From: Polyangium mundeleinium
GTDB lineage: Bacteria; Myxococcota_A; Polyangia; Polyangiales; Polyangiaceae
NCBI RefSeq assembly: GCF_028369105.1
Contig: NZ_JAQNDO010000001.1
Location: 1,971,711-2,035,710, forward strand
DNA: 64,000 nt
Direction: 5' to 3'
The translations under genes and the position numbers were made by a program. This document shows positions 10,501 to 18,046 of the stretch, in pieces; position 1 is the stretch's first letter; each line of letters opens with the position of its first letter. Below the pieces are notes generated by a model that did not search any database, was not told the origin of the DNA, and worked only from the letters and a program-made list of their open reading frames with translations.

Positions 10501-12349
10501 CGTGCAGCTCGCGCAGCCGCGCGCGCGCCAGCTCGGTGTTGCCCGAGCGCGTGCTGCGCAGTGCAGCGACCACCCACAGGCCACGCGCGAGCGTCGGGTC
10601 CGTCTCGACCTTCGCGAGCTCCTCGATCGTCGACGCGAGCGGCCGGACTGCGATCACCTCGCCCGGCTCGGCCTTCTTCGCGCCGAGCGCGTATGCCGCG
10701 AGCACACGGCCGAGCCACGTCGAGGCGTCGCCGTCGAGCGTCGCGAGCTTCGCGAACGCCTCGGCTGCGCCGTCCGCGTCGCCGCGGAGCGCACGGCTCC
10801 GGCCGAGCTCGAACCAGAGGCTCGCCTCTTCGCCGGGCTCCGCGCCGCTCGCGACGAGCTCTGCCGTCACCTGCTCGTACCACGCCGCGTCGCCGCGGAC
10901 GGAGGCGAGCGTGCGGGCGATCCGCGCGAGCAGCGGCGCCGGCGTGCCGAGCGCCGCGGCCCGACCGAGCGCTGCCTTCGCGCCGTTCGAGTCACCCGCC
11001 TGGCAAGCCCACACGTAGGCCGCGATGATCTCCGCGCGCGCCTTCGCCTCGTTCGTCGAGCACGACGCGCCCGACGCTTCGAGGGATCGCGCGAGCGCTG
11101 CCGGATCCTGCGCGTCGCTCAGCAGATCGAGCTCGAGCGCGCGCGCCATGATCGACGCCGGGTCCGCTTCGAGCGCGCTGCGCAGCGCTTCGAGCGCGCC
11201 GTCCCGGTCGTTGTCGAGCATCGCTGCCTCGGCGATGCGCAGCCAGAGCGCTGCTGCGGCCGGGCCCGGGACGCCCGCGCCCCGCGCGAGCTCGGCCCGC
11301 GCGAGATCCGCCGCGCCCTTCGCGTCGCCGTTCGCCTCCAGCGAGGCGAGACGCGACCGCGCGATGACCGACGACTGCGGCAGTTGCTCGGCGGCCCGCG
11401 CGAGCAGCTTCACCCAGCCCTCTTGATCTCCTGCGCGCCGCTTCAGCTCGGCTGCGCGCAGCCATGCGTCGGCCGCGTACTCGGCGCGCCGCGCGAAGCG
11501 GGGCACGCCGCTCGCGTCGCCGCGCGCTTCGTCTTCGAGGGCCTCCTCGATGAGCTGCGCTTGCCCTTCGAGGGCCCGCGCCAGCGCCGTCGGGTTGTCC
11601 TCCCGCGCCGAGATCGCTTCGAGCGTCACCTGCGACCGGAACTGGCCTTGACCATCCAGCGCGGCGGCGGCGTCGATCAGATCGTACGCACGCTGCGCAT
11701 CGCCGGCCTTCGCCGAGAGCTCCGCGAGCTCGATGAACAGGTACGCCTTCCACGTCGGATCGCTGGCGAGCTCGGCGCGCGCCTCGATGGCGCGCATGCG
11801 GCCGGGCAGGTCGCCGTCCTTCGCCGCGATGAGCTCGAGCTCGAGCCACGGCGTCGGGTCCTCGGGGCTCGCGCTGACGGCCTCTTCGAGCGCTTCTTTC
11901 GCGCCCGGAAGATTCTGCTCGTAGTCCTGCAGGAACGCGGCGCGCTCCCAGAACGCGCGTGCGCGCTCCTCCGGGGTCACCGAGGCGCGTGTCAGCGCTT
12001 CGAGCAGTTTCCCGAGGTTCTTGATGGACTTGCGTCGGGTCAGGATCCGGACGAGGGACTCGAGCGGCTCGCGGAACTGCGGGTCCGCGTTGAACGCCGC
12101 GAGGTAGTCCCGCGCGGCGGACGGCTCCTCCCCGTGCTTCTCCTCGAGGACGCCACACTCGTGCAGGAGCAGGGCTTGGAGCGCCTGATCCTCCTGCGCG
12201 GCGTGCTCGGACCGTAAACGATTGAGGAAGGCCGCCGCATCCTCGGCCTGCCCCGTGGGCATGGGTGTCTCTACCGTCATTGGGCTCGACGCGCCTCCCG
12301 CGGAGACGGGTTTCTGGTCCATTGCATGCTGCGTGGGGAGACTAGCCAA
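7514..12349 (-). CDS. Giant TPR-repeat protein (1611 aa), paralogous in architecture to the downstream gene.
   Basis: 1611-aa ORF, TPR-rich throughout. No signal peptide. Confidence 0.7.
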   Translation of the reverse strand: MASLPTQHAMDQKPVSAGGASSPMTVETPMPTGQAEDAAAFLNRLRSEHAAQEDQALQALLLHECGVLEEKHGEEPSAARDYLAAFNADPQFREPLESLVRILTRRKSIKNLGKLLEALTRASVTPEERARAFWERAAFLQDYEQNLPGAKEALEEAVSASPEDPTPWLELELIAAKDGDLPGRMRAIEARAELASDPTWKAYLFIELAELSAKAGDAQRAYDLIDAAAALDGQGQFRSQVTLEAISAREDNPTALARALEGQAQLIEEALEDEARGDASGVPRFARRAEYAADAWLRAAELKRRAGDQEGWVKLLARAAEQLPQSSVIARSRLASLEANGDAKGAADLARAELARGAGVPGPAAAALWLRIAEAAMLDNDRDGALEALRSALEADPASIMARALELDLLSDAQDPAALARSLEASGASCSTNEAKARAEIIAAYVWACQAGDSNGAKAALGRAAALGTPAPLLARIARTLASVRGDAAWYEQVTAELVASGAEPGEEASLWFELGRSRALRGDADGAAEAFAKLATLDGDASTWLGRVLAAYALGAKKAEPGEVIAVRPLASTIEELAKVETDPTLARGLWVVAALRSTRSGNTELARARLRELHEASPSDEVVALFLAELERRAGDLASASNILSTCATTTEDIELGAALYLEAALLTWRIGDRQKTIELIEQARGSASKAAAALLAWALRGADPDSLDGRRRALLTAAEAGADPASIAIERFGLEVGQGEAGDRAEALTALETAEAEGSGDITVAAGLARLTWPDAQSDRAAIDRALDRLEDQGDEATAIARAEAYRLARVVDQDPGAAVSRAAAWADAEPKLYAALEWLSASLTAKDREAEVAARRAVGSFLDDEPWSAMEASAALVAMLDQPNTPQPLLAGTSDATRLGNLELAMPGCDPRRRAFALQNVGGALGEEAGSDASALSGWSELAAGNVEAALATFRAAVERRQDDIVSWEGVRAASEALGDHVSTALSLAQLGALSKDDGRGAAFWESAGVILLEHTDAHDDAEIAFARAFDRDPSRSIAFDKLFRRVRSRNEDDKLLDIIGRRLDVADDEAEIGKLFWERARVLRKKGDREGALSALENVTMLEPDHVGALALAGEISITMGKFAEAADLLGRLSGIGEAPAQQRLMSGVAAVDIYENKLNAPEKALKVLVGLHEAGLSTPPVRERLARVAAKTGAWSRATAILEQLMQEREKREGRMEAARLSMAIWRDKINEPLKAEASVVKLLDESPDDGEALDLVLTTSYDASLRQRLLGRAKSVLVQKLSEDPCDADRVERLAKIAQAGQDAALRQATLGCLVSLGRDDDAISTELKRIDGRVATRPQIVLDAKAMAEIADPEDNGPIAELFVLMAETVTLALGPTLGSLNVGKKERIDSRGGHPLRVAVAEWMGAVGFEGDFELYVGGSEPKGVHGVSGEVPAIVIGSGITAPLDAAARSAIARTVFALRRGITSLRTRDEATVASVVIAACNEVDIKVANPGYAVYGEIQRAVHKEISRKIRKSIGDVCQKVVASKQDARAWTNAARRSLDRMAVIAAGDVSIVLSDIMSVPRDQLGSVVTESERSRRLLSFVLSPSYLELRKKLGMGVR

Positions 12350-12475
12350 ACGGTGCGTCGGGAGTAAAGCGTGCTCGCGACGGATCGCGACGATCCCGCG
12401 CCCCTCCGCGCGGTTCGCCTTCTCTCGCCGCGCGGAGAGGGGGGAGAGGGGTGAGGCTCGTGCCTGCTCGCTCGC

Positions 12476-12602
12476 TCAGAGGGTGTTCCGCAGGCGTCGC
12501 GAGCGGCTCGATGCTAGGGAGGCCGAGCGAGGCGTACACTGTACGTCGAGCGAGGCCGACCGACGCGTCGAGCCGCGCAGCAGCCTGCGGAACACCCTCT
12601 CA
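12476..12602. promoter_or_regulatory. Long-range inverted repeat (cagagggtgttccgcaggc ... gcctgcggaacaccctctca) enclosing an internal palindrome GTACACTGTAC. Probable terminator/insulator between the PHA-PPIase operon and the TPR gene promoter.
   Basis: About 18-bp perfect inverted arms roughly 85 bp apart. Arm 2 abuts the stop of the 12600..12896 CDS. Confidence 0.4.
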
Positions 12603-12896
12603 GCCCTTGCCGAGCATCGCGTCGAGCTTCTCGTGCAGCTTGGACTCGACCACGGGGCGCATCGCGCGGAGCAGGAGCGGCAGCTCCACCCGGATCCGCA
12701 CGGCCTCCGCGGTCACGCGCACCGACCCCCGCGTCCCCTTCGCGGGCCCGCTCGGCGCGTCCAGACACAACTCGTCGCCTTCCCAGCGCCAGCGCACCCC
12801 GCGGCGCTGCTCCAGGCGCCGCGCCAGGTCTTCCGCGCGCCGACGCGCCGCGTCCTGGCTCATGCCGTGGGGTTTCAGGATGTCGATCTGCGCCAT
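12600..12896 (-). CDS. Putative polyhydroxyalkanoic-acid system family small protein (PHA_gran_rgn-like).
   Basis: 98 aa. 'DILKPHGMSQDAARRRAEDLARRLEQRRGVRWRWEGDEL...PVVESKLHEKLD' matches the TIGR02610-type family pattern as recalled from memory. Confidence 0.55.
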   Translation of the reverse strand: MAQIDILKPHGMSQDAARRRAEDLARRLEQRRGVRWRWEGDELCLDAPSGPAKGTRGSVRVTAEAVRIRVELPLLLRAMRPVVESKLHEKLDAMLGKG

Positions 12897-12924
12897 CGCG
12901 TCCGTCCCCTCTGCCTTCGTGGGC

Positions 12925-13503
12925 TTACTCGACCCGCTGCAGGATCCAGTAGCCGCGCGGCGTGTCCACGACCTCGCTCACCGCGCCCTTGGCCAGGCTG
13001 AAGAGAACATACTCCGGCGCAGGCTCCAAAATTCCGCGCGGCAGCCGCCCCGCGTTCTCCATCGAGCCCTTGTCGCCCTTCGCCACCGCCGCCTTGAAGT
13101 CCGTCTTCGCCTCCTCGGCGAGCTGCTTGGCGAGCGTCAGCGCCTCCTCGCGCGGCCGCGCGTTCGGCGGCGCGCCCTGGGCGCCCTTGTACTGCACGAG
13201 GACCACCCCGAAGATCACCGACTTCGGCGCCTCGCCCGCGAGCGGCGGCGGCGCCTCGCCCGTGAGCAGCAGCGTCCCGCCTGCGTCGACCGGACCTCCC
13301 GGCTCCACCTCGCCGCTCGCACCGGCGTCCGAGGGCTCCGCGCCTGCGTCCGCGGTCGGCGTCTCGCCTGCGTCGCTCGGCGTGCCTGCGTCGGCGGCGG
13401 CCGTCTCGGTGGACGTGCTCCCCCCGCGACCGCGCGGAATGGCGACGAGCGCGATGGCCCCGAGGACCAACACGGCGAAGAGGAAGGCGGTCGCTTTCTG
13501 CAT
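12925..13503 (-). CDS. Secreted parvulin (PpiC-type) peptidyl-prolyl cis-trans isomerase.
   Basis: N-terminal signal peptide. C-terminal 'FGVVLVQYKGAQGA...MENAGRLPRG...GYWILQRVE' rotamase-domain pattern. Confidence 0.7.
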   Translation of the reverse strand: MQKATAFLFAVLVLGAIALVAIPRGRGGSTSTETAAADAGTPSDAGETPTADAGAEPSDAGASGEVEPGGPVDAGGTLLLTGEAPPPLAGEAPKSVIFGVVLVQYKGAQGAPPNARPREEALTLAKQLAEEAKTDFKAAVAKGDKGSMENAGRLPRGILEPAPEYVLFSLAKGAVSEVVDTPRGYWILQRVE

Positions 13504-13686
13504 GGGGCGAGCGCGTTAGCACATTTCCCCGGCCCAGCGGAAGCGCGCGACGAATCTGCGCCGCTCGGCCGCCCGCTGCCTCCGCGCCCGCCGTCCCCCT
13601 CGTGTCGCAAATGAGCCGCGAAGCCTCAAACCCTGGTAGAAGTGACGAACGCGGAACCATCGCGCGCCCCAGGGCCCCTCGAAGGC

Positions 13687-16600
13687 ATGAGCATGGTCAA
13701 GGTCGAGTGCGACGCCTGTAAGTCGCCGTACCAGGTGGAGGAACGACGGATCCCGGCGACGGGGCTCAAGATGCGCTGCTCCAAGTGCGGCAACAGCATC
13801 TTGGTGCGCAAGCCCGCGGAGGCCGCGGAGGGCCTCGGAGACGCCGAGGAGATCGATCTCCCCTCGCCGGTCGCGCCGCGCGCGAAGGCGGGCACCGAGC
13901 GGATGATGCCGCGCCCCGCGCCGGGCAAGGCGCCTGCCGCGCCGGTCGCGCCGAAGCCGCCCGTGCTCCCCGCCGTCAAGCCGAAGCCCGCTACGCCCGC
14001 ACCCGCGCCGAAGCCCGCCGCCGCGCCCGCGCCGAAGCCCGCCGAGGCCACGGAGCTCGAGCTGTGGAGCGGCGACGACGATCCTGGCTTCGGCGAGATC
14101 GATCTTCCCTCGCCCGCGAAGGCCACCGTGCGGCAGATGCCCGCCGCGTCCGTGCCCGCGCCCGAAGCCGAGGAGGAAGAGCTCGCGGACCTGCCCATGC
14201 CCGCGAAGGCCACCGTGCGGCAGATGCCCGCGGTCGTGAACGAATTCCCTCTCGATGATGAAGAGGAGGAGGACGCGGCGCTCGCGGCGATCGAGATGCC
14301 CGCGTCGTCGCCGAGCAAGCCGACGGTCCGGCAGATGGCGACCCCGGTGACGGCGTCGCTCGAAGTGGATCTGCCCTCGCCGTCGCCTTCGCCCTCGCCT
14401 GCGCGTGCGGCCGCGGCCAGGACGCCGCCGCCGCCGAGCCCTCCGAAGCCAGTCGACAAACCGACCGCGCCCGCGCGTCCTGCGGCGAAGGGTTTTGGCG
14501 AGATCGACCTGCCCTCGCCCGCGCGCCCCGCCGCGCCGAAGCCGCCGCCGCCGAAGCCGGACGAGAAGCTCACCGCGCCCGCGCGCCCCGCGGCCAAGAG
14601 CGCGCCCGAGCCCGAGGTCGATCTCCCGAGCCCCGCGCGTCCCGCGCGCCCCGCGCCGCCCGCGGCGAAGGGCTTCGGCGAGATCGATCTCCCCGCGCCG
14701 GCGAGGCCCCCCGCCGCGCGCCCCGCGCCGCCTGCGGCGAAGGGCTTTGGCGAGATCGATCTCCCCGCGCCGGCGCGCCCGCCCGCGAAGAAGGAGCCCG
14801 CCGATCTCCCCGCGCCGGCTCCGCCGGGCCCGAAGCACCGCTCCTCCGGCGCGACGCCCGCGGCGCTGCGCGCAAAACCCCTGAGCAGCTTCGACCTGCC
14901 TGCCGTCACGGCCGACACCGCGCTCGACCTCGGCGCGTTCGGCGAGATCGAACTGCCCGCGCCCGACCTCGGCACGTTCGGCGAGATCGAGCTGCCCACG
15001 CCCGATAGCGGCGCGTCGTTCGGCGACCTCGAGGCCCCGCTGTCGCCGCCCGCGGGCGCTGCGCGCAAGCTCGACCCCGGCGCGACCGTGCCGGTCGCTG
15101 CGATCGCGGCCTTCGACCCGGGCGACCTGAGCGAGCTCGAGTTCCCCCTCGCGAGTGCCCCTCCGCCTCCCCCTGCGTCCTCGCCGCGCGCCGCCGTGCC
15201 CGTGACGTCCGGCTTCGAGCTCGACGACGCGGCCTTCGACGCGGCCTTCGCCGATCCTCCGCCGAACAAGGCCGCCGCCGCGCCCAAGCCGCCCACGCCC
15301 GAGCCGCCGAAGAGCACGCGCGCCGCGGGCCCCATCTCGGCGCCGGGCGAGGAGTTTTCCCTCGGCGAGCCGGACATGGACCTCTCGACGGGCGCGCCGA
15401 TCAGCACGGGCGCGCCGCCCGCGCGCGCCCCCATCCACGCCGCCGACGAGCCCGACGAGCCCGCACCGCCGCCGGACAGCAGCGCCAGCATCGGCGACGA
15501 GGTCGACCTCGTGCCGGGCGAGTCCGACGGCCTCGACGCGCTCGGCAAGCGCGACAAAGCCCCGAAGAGCCTCGCCAAGCCCGCCGCCGGTGACAAGCGC
15601 CCCCGCGGACGTGGCCGTGTCTACGGCATCGGCGCGGCCGTCCTCATCGCGATCGGCGGCGGCGCCCTCGCGTTGCTCCCCGACATCGGCCCGTTCGGCG
15701 CGCACGCCGTGAGTGATCTCGTGAACGCCTCCGCGCACGCCGAGGCGCTCACCGGGCTCGAAAAGAACACGCAGGCCACGCTCGACGAAGACACCGCCGC
15801 CGCGGCCGCGCGCGGGCTGGAAGCTGCCAAGGCCGCGCAGCTCTCGCGCCCGCGCCACCGCCCGACGGCCGCGTATGCTGCGTTCGTCGCCTTCTCGCGC
15901 AGCCTCCGCCATGGCCGCCGCGGCGAAGACGAGACCCTCGGCAAGCAGCTCCTCGGCCAGACCGAGAGCCCGAGCCGCGAGCGCACCCTCGCCGTCGCCG
16001 CGCAACACGCGCTCGCGGGCCGCCTCGATCCGGCCCGCCGCCTCGCCAAGGACGCGCTCGACGCCGATGCGAACGACATCGACGCCGCTGTCCTCCTCGG
16101 CGAGATCGAGCTCGCCTCCGGCTCCATCGCCGACGCGCTCCCCGCCTGGAAACGCGCCGTCTCGATCCGCAAAGGCGCCCGCTCCCTCTACGGCCTCGCG
16201 CGCGCCGAGCTCGCGAAGGGCGACGCCGTGGCCGCCGAGAAGAGCGCCCGCGCCGCGCTCGAAGCCTCTCCGAAGCACGCTGGCGCCCGCACCTTGCTCG
16301 CCTCGATCCTCGGCCGCGACGCTGCCAAGGAAACCGAGGCCCTCGACCTCCTCGGCAAGGTCACGGCCGAGGGCGACATTCGTGCTTCCGGCAGCGACCG
16401 CGAGCTCGTCGACGCCTACCTCGAAACCGGCCGCATCCACCTCGCCCGTTCGCGCATCACCGCGGCCGAGCAGGCCTTCGCCGCCGCGCTCAAGATCGAC
16501 CCGCGCAGCGCCCCTGCGCTCATCGGCGACGGCGAGCTCTTCTACCGATCGAGCCGCTTCTCCCAGGCGCTCCTCCGCTTCGAGGAGGCCACGCGTGTCG

Positions 16601-18033
16601 ACGAGAGCAGCATCCCGGCCCGCATTGGCGCGACGAAGACCCTCCTCGCGCTCGAACGCCTCAAGGACGCGAAGGCGCTCGCCGAAAAGCTCCGCGCCGA
16701 CAAGCCCGACGCCGCCTCCTCCGCGTACTGGCTCGGCCGCGCCGAGGACGCGCTCGGCAACAAGAAAGAGGCCGAGGCCCTCTACCTCCAGGCCATCAAG
16801 CTCGGCGGCATGCAGACCGAGGCTGTCGAGGCGTACGTCGCGCTCGCCTCGATCCTCGCGGCCGCCGGCCGCAACGACGAGGCCCAGGCCAAGCTCGCCG
16901 AGGCCAGCGCGAAATTCCCCGACCTCGCGGCGCTCCACCGCGCGAAGGGCGAGGTCTTCTCGCAGGCGGGCCGTTATCCCGAGGCGCGCACCGAATTCGA
17001 GGCTGCGCTCGCCAAGGAGGACGACCTCGGCACGCGATTCCGCCTCGGCATCACGCTCCGCCGCATGGGCGCCTTCGAGGACGCGCAAAAGGTCTTCGAC
17101 CAGATCGCGGCCGTCGACAAGGCGTTCCCGGGCCTCTCGCTGGAGCGTGGCCTCTTGTACGAGGAGACGGGCCAGAGCGAGCGTGCGCTGGAGATGTATG
17201 CGGCGGCGCTGGAGAAGGCGCCGACGGACATCGACCTCAAAATGCGCGTCGGCTCGGCGCAGGTCATGGCGGGCCACGCGGCGCAGGCCGAGCCGATCCT
17301 GCGTGAGGTCTTGAAAGAGCGCGCCGGCTCCGCGGACGCGAACCATTTCCTCGGCCGGGCCCTGCTCTTGAAGGGCGGCAGCAGCGCCGCGGGCGAGGCG
17401 ATCCGCTTCCTCGAACGGGCCACGGAGATCGACGGCAATCGCGCCGAGTATTTCCTTTACGTCGGCTGGGCGGCGAACGTCCTCGGCCAGTTCCCGAAGG
17501 CCGAGGCGGCGTTGAAGCGCGCCTTGGAGCTCGATCGCGAGCTCGCGGACGTGTACTGGCAACGCGGCGTCTTGGCCCACAAGCAGGGCCGCACGCTCGA
17601 CGCCCTGGCGGACCTGGAGATCGCCTTGCAAAAGCGCCCCTCCCGGCACGAAGCGCACGCCACGATGGCGCTCTGTTACCAGGAGCTCGGCCGCTGGCCG
17701 GAGGCGCAGACGGCGTGGCAAAAGGCGATCGCCGGCAATGGCACGGTGGCCGAGTGGCATTACCGGCTCGGGAAGATCTTCGAATCGAACGGGAACAAGC
17801 TCGCGGCGACGCCGGAGCTCGACAAGGCCGTGGAGCTGCTCGCGCAGAAGGGCGGGCCGGCCGAGAACTGGCAGGCCGACGCGTATTTCCTCCACGCCGA
17901 GGCCATGCGCACCACGGGGCAAAAGGACAAGGCCGTGAAGAGCTACCTCCGGTTCAAGGAGGTGGCGACGATGGACAATGCGTACCGGACCGATGTGGAG
18001 CGGGCGTTGTTATCGCTGGGGCACGGGCCGTAG
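13687..18033 (+). CDS. MJ0042-type zinc-ribbon protein with a Pro-rich repeat region ('KGFGEIDLP[SA]PAR' x7 or more), a predicted transmembrane segment and a C-terminal TPR array.
   Basis: N-terminal 'MVKVECDACKSPYQV...MRCSKCGNSI' CXXC...CXXC. Repeated GFGEIDLP motifs. Hydrophobic 'VYGIGAAVLIAIGGGALALL'. TPR repeats over the C-terminal roughly 800 aa. Confidence 0.75.
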   Translation: MSMVKVECDACKSPYQVEERRIPATGLKMRCSKCGNSILVRKPAEAAEGLGDAEEIDLPSPVAPRAKAGTERMMPRPAPGKAPAAPVAPKPPVLPAVKPKPATPAPAPKPAAAPAPKPAEATELELWSGDDDPGFGEIDLPSPAKATVRQMPAASVPAPEAEEEELADLPMPAKATVRQMPAVVNEFPLDDEEEEDAALAAIEMPASSPSKPTVRQMATPVTASLEVDLPSPSPSPSPARAAAARTPPPPSPPKPVDKPTAPARPAAKGFGEIDLPSPARPAAPKPPPPKPDEKLTAPARPAAKSAPEPEVDLPSPARPARPAPPAAKGFGEIDLPAPARPPAARPAPPAAKGFGEIDLPAPARPPAKKEPADLPAPAPPGPKHRSSGATPAALRAKPLSSFDLPAVTADTALDLGAFGEIELPAPDLGTFGEIELPTPDSGASFGDLEAPLSPPAGAARKLDPGATVPVAAIAAFDPGDLSELEFPLASAPPPPPASSPRAAVPVTSGFELDDAAFDAAFADPPPNKAAAAPKPPTPEPPKSTRAAGPISAPGEEFSLGEPDMDLSTGAPISTGAPPARAPIHAADEPDEPAPPPDSSASIGDEVDLVPGESDGLDALGKRDKAPKSLAKPAAGDKRPRGRGRVYGIGAAVLIAIGGGALALLPDIGPFGAHAVSDLVNASAHAEALTGLEKNTQATLDEDTAAAAARGLEAAKAAQLSRPRHRPTAAYAAFVAFSRSLRHGRRGEDETLGKQLLGQTESPSRERTLAVAAQHALAGRLDPARRLAKDALDADANDIDAAVLLGEIELASGSIADALPAWKRAVSIRKGARSLYGLARAELAKGDAVAAEKSARAALEASPKHAGARTLLASILGRDAAKETEALDLLGKVTAEGDIRASGSDRELVDAYLETGRIHLARSRITAAEQAFAAALKIDPRSAPALIGDGELFYRSSRFSQALLRFEEATRVDESSIPARIGATKTLLALERLKDAKALAEKLRADKPDAASSAYWLGRAEDALGNKKEAEALYLQAIKLGGMQTEAVEAYVALASILAAAGRNDEAQAKLAEASAKFPDLAALHRAKGEVFSQAGRYPEARTEFEAALAKEDDLGTRFRLGITLRRMGAFEDAQKVFDQIAAVDKAFPGLSLERGLLYEETGQSERALEMYAAALEKAPTDIDLKMRVGSAQVMAGHAAQAEPILREVLKERAGSADANHFLGRALLLKGGSSAAGEAIRFLERATEIDGNRAEYFLYVGWAANVLGQFPKAEAALKRALELDRELADVYWQRGVLAHKQGRTLDALADLEIALQKRPSRHEAHATMALCYQELGRWPEAQTAWQKAIAGNGTVAEWHYRLGKIFESNGNKLAATPELDKAVELLAQKGGPAENWQADAYFLHAEAMRTTGQKDKAVKSYLRFKEVATMDNAYRTDVERALLSLGHGP

Positions 18034-18046
18034 GTAGGCCGCGGGC

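Noticed and set aside
13516-17922. 1468-aa minus-strand ORF
   Set aside because: Antisense shadow of the zinc-ribbon/TPR gene (RG-rich junk translation).
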